Source: Bacilli bacterium (GTDB lineage: Bacteria; Bacillota_I; Bacilli_A; RF39; UBA660). Taken from it: 64,000 nucleotides of DNA. The position numbers and the translations under genes are program-made. This document shows positions 21,104 through 30,624 of the stretch, piece by piece. The first letter of the stretch is position 1; each line of letters opens with the position of its first letter. A model generated the notes under the pieces. That model saw nothing but the letters and a program-made list of their open reading frames with translations. It ran no database searches and was not told the DNA's origin. The stretch spans positions 123,434-187,433 of the forward strand of contig JAFQQQ010000003.1 in the NCBI GenBank assembly GCA_017410525.1. Direction: 5' to 3'.

Positions 21104-22273
21104 CTAAACTTTTATTTTTTCATTTTTTAATTCTATATGTATTCTTTGTATAACCGCCATTGTAGCTATAAGTGACAACGTGAAACTACCACCATAACTT
21201 AAAAATGGAAGAGGTACACCTGTAAGTGGTATTATACCAAATAATCCACCTAAGTTTATAAGTATGTGTAAAAAGAAATAAGTAGCTACTCCTACGCAAG
21301 TATACCTATGAGTCATTCTTCTTGTTATCATTGAGAGTTTAAGTATCCTATATATTATAATTAAATAAGCAACAAATATTAAGCCACAAACTAATACTCC
21401 ATTTTCTTCTGCTATAATTGCAAATACCATGTCTGTGTGAGGTTCTGGAATATATGAATATTTTTGTGTACTCTTCCCTAATCCTACACCAGTGAGTCCA
21501 CCATTATTTATAGCTATAAATGCATTACACACTTGATATCCAGTATCTTCATATTTTGAACAAGGATTAAAGAAATTATTAAGTCTTGATGCTTGAGCAT
21601 CCGATAATATATACCCAGAAATAGAAAGTCTTACTAAAAGAAGTATTGCAATTGCTCCTATAGAAATTAAACTAGCTTTTATTTTTTCTGGTCTAGTTAT
21701 AGGGCTAAATATATACATTACAGCAAATATTCCAAATAATATAATAGCCGTACCTAAGTCCTTTTGCAGGAATACAATAGCCGGAAATATTAAACCGAAA
21801 CCTATAATTTGCCATATAATCATATCATGTTTTTCTCGTACATCTTTTAGTTTATAATAATTTTTTCTAAATAATAATGACATAGTAAGTATGAGAGTCG
21901 GTTTTGCAAGTTCACTTGGTTGAATTTTCATAAATCCTAAATTAATCCAGTTGTTAGCGCCTCTAGTAGCAACTCCTTTAAGTATTAAAAATAAATTCAT
22001 ACAAAACACTACTATATATATAAATGGTAACCATTTTTTATAATCTTTTGTAGGTATTTTAAGAACTACTATAAAAGCAATTAAACTTATCATAAGTATT
22101 ATTACATGCTTAAAAAAATAATAAAACATATTAGCGTCTGCATTAACTACAGCTTCCCTACTAGATGCGGTTACTATATTTAAAGAACCAAAAACTATTA
22201 ATATTAATGATGTAAAAAATAAAACTTTATCCATATCGGTAAAAGTCCTAATAGCCCTTTTTATTGGTCTCAT
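21104..22273 (-). CDS. FtsW/RodA/SpoVE family peptidoglycan glycosyltransferase
   Basis: Multi-TM protein with QPSELAKP and YIPEPHTDMVFA motifs. Start moved to the ATG at 22271-22273. Confidence 0.88.
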   Translation of the reverse strand: MRPIKRAIRTFTDMDKVLFFTSLILIVFGSLNIVTASSREAVVNADANMFYYFFKHVIILMISLIAFIVVLKIPTKDYKKWLPFIYIVVFCMNLFLILKGVATRGANNWINLGFMKIQPSELAKPTLILTMSLLFRKNYYKLKDVREKHDMIIWQIIGFGLIFPAIVFLQKDLGTAIILFGIFAVMYIFSPITRPEKIKASLISIGAIAILLLVRLSISGYILSDAQASRLNNFFNPCSKYEDTGYQVCNAFIAINNGGLTGVGLGKSTQKYSYIPEPHTDMVFAIIAEENGVLVCGLIFVAYLIIIYRILKLSMITRRMTHRYTCVGVATYFFLHILINLGGLFGIIPLTGVPLPFLSYGGSFTLSLIATMAVIQRIHIELKNEKIKV

Positions 22274-22392
22274 ATATTCACCTACTCTAAATATATAATA
22301 ACACATATTTATTTTTTTAACAAGATGGGTATTTTTAATTAACACATTTCTTAAAATATAATATGATATATTGACTAGATTGGAGGTAATTT

Positions 22393-22569
22393 ATGTATTA
22401 TTACGGTGGGTACCAAGGATACGGTGGATATCCTTATGGTGGATGCGGTTGCAATCAAGGATGTGGCGGATACGGTAACGGATACGGATACGGAGGAGCT
22501 ATAGTATTAGTATTATTTATATTACTTGTTATAGTTATAGGAGCAAGAGCTTTTGATGGTGGAAGATAA
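22393..22569 (+). CDS. YjcZ-like tiny Gly/Tyr-rich membrane protein (sporulation-associated family)
   Basis: Hand-called 58 aa ORF with GGAGG 6 nt upstream: MYYYGGYQGYGGYPYGGCGCNQGCGGYGNGYGYGGAIVLVLFILLVIVIGARAFDGGR. A strong terminator follows. Confidence 0.75.
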   Translation: MYYYGGYQGYGGYPYGGCGCNQGCGGYGNGYGYGGAIVLVLFILLVIVIGARAFDGGR

Positions 22570-22593
22570 AAGGTTTCCCTTTTATCTTTTTTT
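22564..22593 (+). terminator. Rho-independent terminator of the small Gly/Tyr-rich gene
   Basis: 10-bp stem agataaaagg / ccttttatct, loop tttc, then TTTTTT. Confidence 0.8.
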
Positions 22594-22622
22594 GTGCTAT
22601 AATACTTAACGGAAGTGATTTT

Positions 22623-23171
22623 ATGTTTAAAAAATTAAATATATTAGACGAAAAAGATAAGAGACTAAGAATTGTTAGCACAGATGCCAAATTACCTTTA
22701 TCATTAGAATATAAAAACTTAATTGAACAAATAATAATGGAATTAACATATAGTCAAATTGAAGAATATGAAAAAAAATATGATTTAAGGCCTGGGATGG
22801 GGCTTGCTTTTCCACAATTAGGTATAAACGAAAGAATTATAGTTATAGTACATGAATATACTGATGGTAAATTTGATAATTATGTAATGGTTAATCCTAA
22901 AATAGTTAGTACTTCTAATGAAATGATTGCTGCTGAGGCTGGCGAAGGTTGTTTAAGCGTTAATAGAGATGTTGATGGTCATATACCTAGATATGCTAGA
23001 GTTACTGTTGAGGGATATGATGTCGATGGCAATAAAATAAAAGTTAGAGCGAGAGAAGAACTTGCAATAGCCTTTCAACATGAAATAGATCATTTGAACG
23101 GAATAATATTCTATGACAGGATTGACAAAAACAAACCATTTTATACAGAAGACGAAATAAGACTAATATAG
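22623..23171 (+). CDS. def: Peptide deformylase
   Basis: GLAFPQLG, EGCLS and HEIDHLNG motifs. Confidence 0.93.
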   Translation: MFKKLNILDEKDKRLRIVSTDAKLPLSLEYKNLIEQIIMELTYSQIEEYEKKYDLRPGMGLAFPQLGINERIIVIVHEYTDGKFDNYVMVNPKIVSTSNEMIAAEAGEGCLSVNRDVDGHIPRYARVTVEGYDVDGNKIKVRAREELAIAFQHEIDHLNGIIFYDRIDKNKPFYTEDEIRLI

Positions 23172-23181
23172 GAGTGATGTT

Positions 23182-23259
23182 ATGAAAGGTGCTTTAAAAT
23201 ATTTTATATTATTTATAATGGCTTGTATATTATCAATTCTAATTTATTATATTGTATAA
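23182..23259 (+). CDS. Possible 25 aa hydrophobic peptide
   Basis: GGAG 7 nt upstream of the ATG: MKGALKYFILFIMACILSILIYYIV. Followed directly by a terminator. Hand-called and unverified. Confidence 0.35.
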   Translation: MKGALKYFILFIMACILSILIYYIV

Positions 23260-23287
23260 AAAAGGAGATTTAATTATCTCCTTTTTG
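23258..23287. terminator. Bidirectional terminator
   Basis: aaaaggagat ttaatt atctcctttt hairpin between convergent genes. Confidence 0.7.
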
Positions 23288-23621
23288 TTTGTTCTATAGA
23301 ATATTCGTTTAAATCAATTGTTTTTTCTTCTTCTAAAGTAATAACATAATTTAACTCAGTAATTGAATTATTTCTTGTATTTAATGTATCATTAATTTTT
23401 CTTAAATTCTTTTTTTCTGTTCTTAATCTGTCTCTAGAAAGCTTTACATTCATTTTTGCTTGTTTTAATATTTTTTTATAATAAATTAAAGCTTCTTTTT
23501 CTATAGATACCTTGCTTATTGCTTCTCCTTGTTGTTTTTTTAATTCAACAATATCTCTAACTAAAACATCCATAATACTTTCATAAACTTCAGAAGTTAA
23601 CTTAGTTTCATTCTTTTCCAT
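23274..23621 (-). CDS. Hypothetical coiled-coil protein
   Basis: 115 aa, highly charged with a heptad-like pattern. Lies 4 nt downstream of the preceding gene. Confidence 0.55.
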   Translation of the reverse strand: MEKNETKLTSEVYESIMDVLVRDIVELKKQQGEAISKVSIEKEALIYYKKILKQAKMNVKLSRDRLRTEKKNLRKINDTLNTRNNSITELNYVITLEEEKTIDLNEYSIEQTKRR

Positions 23622-23625
23622 ACTA

Positions 23626-24321
23626 TCATACCCTTTCTAACGATTCCACTTTAAAAAAACCTGTAACACCTGTATTATCACCAATTACATAAGGAAATTC
23701 TACACCTTCTATTATATTTAATATTTGTCTTTCCCAACCAATTGCTCTTTTATTATAGGCAATTTTATCTGTACTCATTTTAGCATAATTACCAATTATT
23801 TTTATTTTATCACCAATTTTATATTCAAGAATAATTTCTTTATATTTAGCAACTAATACTACATCACTATTTATTTCTTGATTTTCATATAATTCATCGT
23901 TTAAGTACCAACCAATAAACTCATACCCTTGATTATTCGATACGGGTAATTCTTTTATAGTATCACCTTTTAATAATTTCATTTCGTCAAATTCTTCTAA
24001 TGTGTCAGTACTAAAATTAACAGTTATATATTCTTCTTTAATCCATTCAGCACTCAAAATTATATCTTTATCTAACTTAGTATTAAAATCAAATGCTACT
24101 CCATTCAATTGCCATTCTTTAAATATATAACCATCTTTTGTAGGTTCAATTGGTTCTTTTACAGTACCGTTCTTATCTACAAATTGAGTTAGGATAACAT
24201 CTTCACTTCCTGTTTCAAAATTAACAGAATATTTATCTTTATAATATATTGAAGATATTAATATTGAAATTATAAATATGAAAATAAACATCAATATAAC
24301 AATAAACCTTTTTTTATCCAT
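23626..24321 (-). CDS. Membrane-anchored protein with two Listeria/Bacteroides-type repeats
   Basis: N-terminal TM, then GYIFKEWQLNGVAFDFNTKLDKDIILSAEW and GYEFIGWYLNDELYENQEINSDVVLVAKY repeats. Confidence 0.7.
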   Translation of the reverse strand: MDKKRFIVILMFIFIFIISILISSIYYKDKYSVNFETGSEDVILTQFVDKNGTVKEPIEPTKDGYIFKEWQLNGVAFDFNTKLDKDIILSAEWIKEEYITVNFSTDTLEEFDEMKLLKGDTIKELPVSNNQGYEFIGWYLNDELYENQEINSDVVLVAKYKEIILEYKIGDKIKIIGNYAKMSTDKIAYNKRAIGWERQILNIIEGVEFPYVIGDNTGVTGFFKVESLERV

Positions 24322-24392
24322 AATATCACCAAACGACCATTATTATACATTCTAATTGTATTTATGTCAAATTAAAAGAATATATTTTAATA

Positions 24393-25307
24393 ATGAAAAA
24401 AACTATTAAATTAATACTATTCTCTATAATAATTTTTTTAATTTTATATAATTCATATGAAATCATGCAAAGCATTAGATTTTCTTTTTCGTTATGCATA
24501 AATAATCTATTTCCTTCTTTAATACCTTTTATGTTATTATCAAATATTTTAATCAATTATGATTTTATAAATGATTTAAGCAATATATTTAAAAATATTA
24601 CTACTAAGTTTTTTAAGATAAATAAAAATTGTTCTTTCGCACTTGTTATGAGCATGATAAGTGGTTCCCCCAGTAATGCCAAATATTTAAAAGATTTGAG
24701 TGATAATAATTTAATAGATAATATAGATATTCAAAAAAGTTTAAATTTTTGTCATTTTACTAATCCAATATTTATTATAGGTACTATAGGTTACAATTTC
24801 CTTAATAATAAAAAATTAGGTTTAATTATTTTAATTTCTCATTTGGCTTCTAGTTTTGTTATAGGTGTATTTAATAAAAAAAGAAAAAACATTAAAACAA
24901 GTAATACAAGCGTTAAAAAAAATAGAAATAATTTTATTTCTATTTTAAAAGAATCTATAAATAGTACAATAGATACTCTATTTTTAATACTTGGTATAAT
25001 TACCACTTGTATAATTATAACTACCATTATAAACAATATTTTTAATATAAATAATAACTATAAATTTTTCTTTGGTCTATTAGAAATAACACAAGGTTTA
25101 AAATATTTATCTTTATCAAATTTAAATATAAATATTAAAACAATTATATCATCATTTCTAATTTCTTTCGGAGGCCTTTGTATACATGCTCAAGTTTTTA
25201 GTATTTTAAATAATAAAAAAATAAGGTATACACCTTATTTAATATCTAGAATAATACATGGATTACTTTCAAGTATCATTACTTATTTTTTAATTAATGT
25301 TATATAA
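24393..25307 (+). CDS. Polytopic membrane protein, YlbJ-like (sporulation integral membrane protein / nucleoside-recognition family)
   Basis: 304 aa, multi-TM. The LFPSLIPFMLLSNIL and GSPSNAKYL segments resemble YlbJ. Confidence 0.55.
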   Translation: MKKTIKLILFSIIIFLILYNSYEIMQSIRFSFSLCINNLFPSLIPFMLLSNILINYDFINDLSNIFKNITTKFFKINKNCSFALVMSMISGSPSNAKYLKDLSDNNLIDNIDIQKSLNFCHFTNPIFIIGTIGYNFLNNKKLGLIILISHLASSFVIGVFNKKRKNIKTSNTSVKKNRNNFISILKESINSTIDTLFLILGIITTCIIITTIINNIFNINNNYKFFFGLLEITQGLKYLSLSNLNINIKTIISSFLISFGGLCIHAQVFSILNNKKIRYTPYLISRIIHGLLSSIITYFLINVI

Positions 25308-25775
25308 ATGAACTAAATTAACTCCAAAATCTATATTAGGATATAATTCATTTATTATAGGTATTTTTAGCACTAAAATATTATTTCCATTATATTCTTC
25401 ATTTAACTCTATATATTCAACACTCAAAGTAGGATTTACTACTCTTGTTTTTCCAGTTAATTTATATACTTGATCACCTACTGTTATTTTATTTTCTTCT
25501 ACTATTAATTTTAATGTTTCTCCATTTACTAAACTAAAATTATAACAAAACGTAGAATCATTACAAAGTTCATATCCATCTAATTGATCATCGTGTAATT
25601 TAAAGTTTAAAATATTACTTAAATTACTTTGAGTTATATATAAATCGCTTTTTATAGAAACTCTAGAATATACGTTTCTAATAGATACAACTACATTTAT
25701 AAGTAAAACTATTATAACTGCAGACAAGGCAAATGTAGTTATCAATTCAATTAAAGTTAAACCCTTATTATTCAT
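25290..25775 (-). CDS. Minor (pseudo)pilin with prepilin-type N-terminal motif
   Basis: MNNKG/LTLIELITTFALSAVIIVLL. The ATG overlaps the upstream gene's end; AGGTGA RBS. Confidence 0.75.
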   Translation of the reverse strand: MNNKGLTLIELITTFALSAVIIVLLINVVVSIRNVYSRVSIKSDLYITQSNLSNILNFKLHDDQLDGYELCNDSTFCYNFSLVNGETLKLIVEENKITVGDQVYKLTGKTRVVNPTLSVEYIELNEEYNGNNILVLKIPIINELYPNIDFGVNLVHLYNIN

Positions 25776-26256
25776 CACTATCACCTAACCTTAACGTAGC
25801 AAACATAGAATTTTTAAAAGAAGCCACTAATCTATATTTTTCACTACCTTCCCCTATTATTTTACCTATAAAAATATTAAAGTCTTCGTTGTATCCAGTT
25901 ATATTTTTATTATCAAAAGTATTTGTAGTTATAAATATTCTATCTATATTTTCTAAATTAAATAAATTTACACAATAATTTTCATTTGTAAATAAACTAC
26001 AATCAGTTAAGTCTATATACTTCATTGTTTCTATATTTTCTTCAATATACAATAATAAATCTAAATCAGTATTTATATATTCTTTAATGTCTTCTAACGC
26101 ATATAAACCTTCTGTTGTATTATAAATATAAGAATCATCATATGCTTTTCCCAAATTAGTAAATTGTATAAATAAAAATATAAGTATACCTGCTACAAAA
26201 GTTGTTACTATTAATGTTTCAGCAAGCATAAACCCACTACTATTAAGTTTTTTCAT
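25768..26256 (-). CDS. Minor (pseudo)pilin with prepilin-type N-terminal motif
   Basis: MKKLNSSG/FMLAETLIVTTFVAGILIFLF (G-F-x-L-x-E). Confidence 0.7.
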   Translation of the reverse strand: MKKLNSSGFMLAETLIVTTFVAGILIFLFIQFTNLGKAYDDSYIYNTTEGLYALEDIKEYINTDLDLLLYIEENIETMKYIDLTDCSLFTNENYCVNLFNLENIDRIFITTNTFDNKNITGYNEDFNIFIGKIIGEGSEKYRLVASFKNSMFATLRLGDSDE

Positions 26257-26352
26257 AAAATGTCACCACTCTATCTTGAAATTATTACAATATTATTATA
26301 TAATATTTTTAGGATAAAATCTAGTCCGATATATATAAAAAGGGTGATAAAA

Positions 26353-27939
26353 ATGTTAAGAACTTTTGATTTTGAAAAAACTCCAGTTGTAGAATTAGTA
26401 AATGAAATACTTGTCGACTCTTCTAAAAGAGGAGCATCAGATATTCACTTTGATCCACAAGAAAAATATTTAAAAACAAGAATAAGAATAGATGGTGAGT
26501 TAATTGATTATACCGATATCCCTAATAATATAGCAAAAAACTTAGTTACTAGACTTAAAATTATTTCAGGTATGAACATTACTGAATCAAGGTTACCACA
26601 AGACGGCGCTATTAAAGCAACTCTTGAAGATATTGATTTAGACCTTCGTGTTTCTGCTCTGCCTACAAACAAAGGGGAAAAAATAGTTATCCGTATCTTA
26701 GATTACTCGTTAAGTTTAGCTGGGCTTGAAAGTTTGGGATTCAGTCCAGAGAACTTTAAAAAAGTACTAAAGATGATAGCTATACCAAATGGTATAATTC
26801 TTGTTACAGGTGCTACTGGTAGTGGTAAATCTACAACAGTTTATTCAATTTTACAAAGATTAAATAAAGAAAATACAAATATTATTTCTGTTGAAGACCC
26901 AATAGAAATGGATATTGAAGGAATTAACCAAATACAAACAAATAGCGAAATTGGACTTGACTTTGCTACAGTACTTAGATCTATACTTCGTCAAGACCCT
27001 AATATAATAATGATTGGGGAAATTCGTGATACAGAAACTGCAAAGATAGCCGTTAGAGCTTCTATTACTGGACACTTAGTTCTTTCTACAATACATACAA
27101 ATGACTCATTAAATACAATTGAGCGTTTACTAGATATGGATGTTGAAAGATACTTGCTAGCTTCAGCTCTTACAGGTATTATATCTCAAAAACTTGCTAG
27201 AAAATTGTGCCCACATTGTAGAAAATTAAGACCTACTAACGATTATGAAAAAGAAATAATTAAAAAAGTAACTGGTAAAATTGTTGATGAAATATATACT
27301 GCAGAAGGCTGCGATGAATGTAAAACAGGTTACAGTGGTCGATTAGCTATTCACGAAGTACTTCTAATAGACCAAGATATTAAAGACGCTATTAGTTCTA
27401 ATATTAAAAAAGATAAACTTAGACATCTAGTTTATAACAGTGGGGTTATTTCCCTATTACAAGACGGTCTTACTAAAGTACTTGATGGATTAACTACTCT
27501 TGAAGAATTATTAAAAATTATTGAACTTGATGATGATGAATCAATACATTCTACTGGATTAGAAAATGCTATTGAAGTTGATGAAATAACAAAAGAAGAA
27601 AACAATGGTGAAGGAGTAAAAGAAAAAAAGAAAGTTGAAAAAAAAGAAAAAACCATAAAACAACCTAGCGTTGAAAAAGTAGATCCTATCGTTGAAGAAA
27701 TAATGACACTACCTAAAGAACAAAAACATGTTGAAAAGGTTAAAGAAAAATCAGAAGAAATCCCAAAAACTGTACAAGAACCTATAATAGAAGAAAAAGT
27801 TGAAACCTCAATTATAGAAGAAAAAATTGAAACAATAGAGGAAAAACCTGTTTTAGAAGAAAAAGAAATAGAGGAAGACTTTCTTCCCAAAGAATCTAAA
27901 GCTTCTTTCTTCAATTCTAAAAAGAATATATTTAAATAA
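26353..27939 (+). CDS. Type II/IV secretion ATPase (PilB/ComGA-like) with a C-terminal E/K-rich repeat tail
   Basis: GATGSGKST Walker A, a RQDPNIIMIGEIRD motif, CPHC..CDEC tetracysteine, then a roughly 140 aa tail (IIEEKVETSIIEEKIETIEEKPVLEEKEIEE). Start moved to the ATG at 26353 (AAAGGGTGA). Confidence 0.9.
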   Translation: MLRTFDFEKTPVVELVNEILVDSSKRGASDIHFDPQEKYLKTRIRIDGELIDYTDIPNNIAKNLVTRLKIISGMNITESRLPQDGAIKATLEDIDLDLRVSALPTNKGEKIVIRILDYSLSLAGLESLGFSPENFKKVLKMIAIPNGIILVTGATGSGKSTTVYSILQRLNKENTNIISVEDPIEMDIEGINQIQTNSEIGLDFATVLRSILRQDPNIIMIGEIRDTETAKIAVRASITGHLVLSTIHTNDSLNTIERLLDMDVERYLLASALTGIISQKLARKLCPHCRKLRPTNDYEKEIIKKVTGKIVDEIYTAEGCDECKTGYSGRLAIHEVLLIDQDIKDAISSNIKKDKLRHLVYNSGVISLLQDGLTKVLDGLTTLEELLKIIELDDDESIHSTGLENAIEVDEITKEENNGEGVKEKKKVEKKEKTIKQPSVEKVDPIVEEIMTLPKEQKHVEKVKEKSEEIPKTVQEPIIEEKVETSIIEEKIETIEEKPVLEEKEIEEDFLPKESKASFFNSKKNIFK

Positions 27940-27958
27940 GTCGAAAGACTTATTTTTT
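27936..27958 (+). terminator. Terminator of the pilB-like gene
   Basis: ataagtc GAAA gacttat hairpin followed by TTTTT. Confidence 0.65.
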
Positions 27959-27988
27959 GTAAAAAAAAAAACAATATTCTCATATTGT
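27959..27988 (-). terminator. Terminator of the prepilin peptidase gene
   Basis: acaatat / atattgt stem around the TGA stop, followed on the minus strand by T12. Confidence 0.6.
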
Positions 27989-28744
27989 TAATAAGTTTAA
28001 TAATGTACTAAAATCTAATTTTAATAAAACTATTAGTATAGCTGCTACTGCTAAAAATGGGCCAAAGGGAATTTCATGATTGGAATTCTTTTTTACTAAT
28101 ATTAAAGATATAGGTAATCCTATTATAGCTGCTATAAATACAGAAACAATAGACATTGGAAATCCAAACATTAATCCATATACAGCAAGTAATTTAATAT
28201 CTCCACCACCCATTGATTCTTTTTTAAATAAGAAATCTCCAAATAGTTTTAATAATAACATAAATACAAAAGCACCTATTGCATGCAGTAATGATATACC
28301 TACTCCTTCGATTCCTACTATAAAATATTTAATTATAATAATCATCGCAGAAAATATTATCAATACACTATCTGGTATAATCATTGTCTGATAATCACTT
28401 ATTATAATTATAAGCAACATAGAAATAAACACTATGGAAAGCAAACATTCTAAAGAAAATCCAAATGCAACATAAGAAAGTGCGAATAATAAACCACTAC
28501 AAAATTCAAATACAGGATAAAACCAAGATATTTTATCTTTACATTTTTTACACTTACCACCCAAAAATAAGAATGATAAAATTGGTATTAACTCTAGTGG
28601 TCCTAACTGGTGATTACACTTAGTACAATGAGAAGAAGGATATAATAATGATTCTCCTTTAGGAATCCTATATCCTACTACATTGTAAAATGAGCCAAAT
28701 ATTGCTCCGATAACAAAGAACAATAATAATATACTAAAATACAT
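27980..28744 (-). CDS. Prepilin peptidase (A24 family, PilD/ComC-like)
   Basis: N-terminal CTKCNHQL..CKKCKDKI zinc motif, a polytopic body and the GGGDIKL aspartyl motif. Start at the ATG at 28742-28744, 4 nt after the pilC-like stop. Confidence 0.9.
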   Translation of the reverse strand: MYFSILLLFFVIGAIFGSFYNVVGYRIPKGESLLYPSSHCTKCNHQLGPLELIPILSFLFLGGKCKKCKDKISWFYPVFEFCSGLLFALSYVAFGFSLECLLSIVFISMLLIIIISDYQTMIIPDSVLIIFSAMIIIIKYFIVGIEGVGISLLHAIGAFVFMLLLKLFGDFLFKKESMGGGDIKLLAVYGLMFGFPMSIVSVFIAAIIGLPISLILVKKNSNHEIPFGPFLAVAAILIVLLKLDFSTLLNLLTI

Positions 28745-28748
28745 ATAA

Positions 28749-30563
28749 TTATCCCCCCATACCTTGAACTTGTGAGTACATGTTAAACATTGGTACAATA
28801 ACTGCCAATAATATAGCACCTACCGCAAATGTTAAGAAAATTATCAATATAGGTTCTACTAACGCTTTGATTCTAGATACTGTATTTTTGTGTAAACTTT
28901 GATAGTAAGTAGAAACCTTTGACATCATCTCTGCTAACTGACCTGTTTTTTCTCCTGTAACAATCATTTCATATGCTGGCACAGGGAATGACCATTGATC
29001 TTTAAAAGCCGCTGATATCTTATCTCCTCTAGCTAAGTTAGCTACTGTATCTAATATCATTATTTTATATATCTCATTATTAGTAACCCTGTTTAATATG
29101 TCCATACTGTCTGTAATATAAACGTTATGAGATAATAACGAAGCAAACGTTTTAGAGAACATCGTAACCTCATTGTAAATGATTACATCCTTTATAACTG
29201 GTATATGCATAAATATCCACTGCATTATAGTTCTGATAACTTTAACATTCTTATATAAGTAAACTATTAAAAGCAGTATTAAAACAGCCACTAATATTAC
29301 TTCAACAATATTTTCCTCTAAGAAATTACTTATATTTATTACTATCAAAGTAAACTTAGGAATCGCTGATGAATCCATGGTATTGTAAATATCTACAAAC
29401 TTAGGTACAACATACATCATTACGAATGTTACAACTATTAAAGTAAATATAAATACTATAGACGGATAAGTCAACGCACTTATCATTTCTTTTCTAGCTT
29501 CTTCCGTTTCAGTATAGTAATTTACCATATCATCTAATGCTTCTGGAAGTTCACCAGTAAGTTCTGACGCTTTAACCATGTTTATTAATAATTTAGGAAA
29601 AGCAGGCCCCCTTTTTTCTAATGCAGCCGAGAAACTTTCCCCTACCGTTAAATCATAAGTGGCATCTCTAAGTATTTTTTTATAAGATTTTTTTTGAACT
29701 TGTCTATTTAAAATATTTAATGAATCAACTAGTGGTATACCTGATTTAATGTAAGTTGAAAGTTGAGTGAGCAAGAATATTAAATCCTTATTCTTAATTT
29801 TAGTTCTATTACCACCAATACTACCATATAAAGTTTGAATTAATTTACTAGTTCTAATACTATAAGGAGTTAATCCTTCACCAAGTAAGAATGATTGAAC
29901 ATCTACCTTAGAATATGCATCAAAATATCCTTTGATTTTTTTACCCTTTTCATTGATTGCTATATATTCCCAAGTAATTCTTTTACCTTTGTTTTGTTCT
30001 TCTAAATCAGCTTCAGAAGCAAAATCTACAAGCATTGTTTTAGTATCAAATGCTTTTTTGTTTCTTGCTTGTTTAACTAAAGCAATATTATCAATTCTCT
30101 TTTTAACTCCTACTGGAATTTCTAAAATAGCAGTTAAAGCTAAATTAATATAATATCCAAAATTTTTCTTTTCAATTTTTATATTTTTATTTTTATAAGA
30201 TGAGGTGTCAATTTCATTTGATAATTTTTGTTTTAATTTTTCTTCTTTTTCTCTTTCTTTTTCTAGAAGTCTTTGACTTTCTCTTCTTAATTTATCTACA
30301 TCCAAAGTTTTTTTGTTTAGGATATATTTACTAAATAATATAGCAACCAATATAATTGGCCAAAGTAATCCATACCAAACATATTTAAAGAATCTATAGA
30401 TTGATATACAAAATTTAAAAAAATACCACACAAAAACGCTAGGCATATCTTTTATGCTACTGGGAACTTTTTTTGCACTTTTTAATACGTTATCAAGTCT
30501 CAAACCGATGCACCTACCATTCTTTTTATTCTTATACATATAAATTATAACACATTTTTTCAA
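28749..30563 (-). CDS. Type II secretion system F family platform protein (PilC/ComGB-like) with a roughly 195 aa N-terminal extension
   Basis: The C-terminal roughly 408 aa is a canonical two-repeat PilC (starting ITWEYIAINEKGKKIKGYFDA). The N-terminal part has a hydrophobic hairpin and an EKEREKEEKLKQK coiled coil. The start is uncertain: TTG at 30563, or TTG at 30503, which has an AGGTG RBS. Confidence 0.85.
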   Translation of the reverse strand: MKKCVIIYMYKNKKNGRCIGLRLDNVLKSAKKVPSSIKDMPSVFVWYFFKFCISIYRFFKYVWYGLLWPIILVAILFSKYILNKKTLDVDKLRRESQRLLEKEREKEEKLKQKLSNEIDTSSYKNKNIKIEKKNFGYYINLALTAILEIPVGVKKRIDNIALVKQARNKKAFDTKTMLVDFASEADLEEQNKGKRITWEYIAINEKGKKIKGYFDAYSKVDVQSFLLGEGLTPYSIRTSKLIQTLYGSIGGNRTKIKNKDLIFLLTQLSTYIKSGIPLVDSLNILNRQVQKKSYKKILRDATYDLTVGESFSAALEKRGPAFPKLLINMVKASELTGELPEALDDMVNYYTETEEARKEMISALTYPSIVFIFTLIVVTFVMMYVVPKFVDIYNTMDSSAIPKFTLIVINISNFLEENIVEVILVAVLILLLIVYLYKNVKVIRTIMQWIFMHIPVIKDVIIYNEVTMFSKTFASLLSHNVYITDSMDILNRVTNNEIYKIMILDTVANLARGDKISAAFKDQWSFPVPAYEMIVTGEKTGQLAEMMSKVSTYYQSLHKNTVSRIKALVEPILIIFLTFAVGAILLAVIVPMFNMYSQVQGMGG

Positions 30564-30624
30564 AATAGAAAACTTTTTTTTACAATTTCATATAATATTT
30601 TAGAAAACTATATAGGAGGATATC

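Noticed and set aside
27600-27900. Short tandem-like repeats suggestive of a repeat array.
   Set aside because: They lie inside the pilB reading frame and encode E/K-rich peptide repeats. There is no direct-repeat/spacer organisation, so this is not a CRISPR array.
27959-27970. A12 homopolymer as a possible phase-variation tract for the pilus genes.
   Set aside because: It is intergenic and forms the U-run of the pilD terminator between the convergent pilB and pilD stops. It cannot shift a reading frame.
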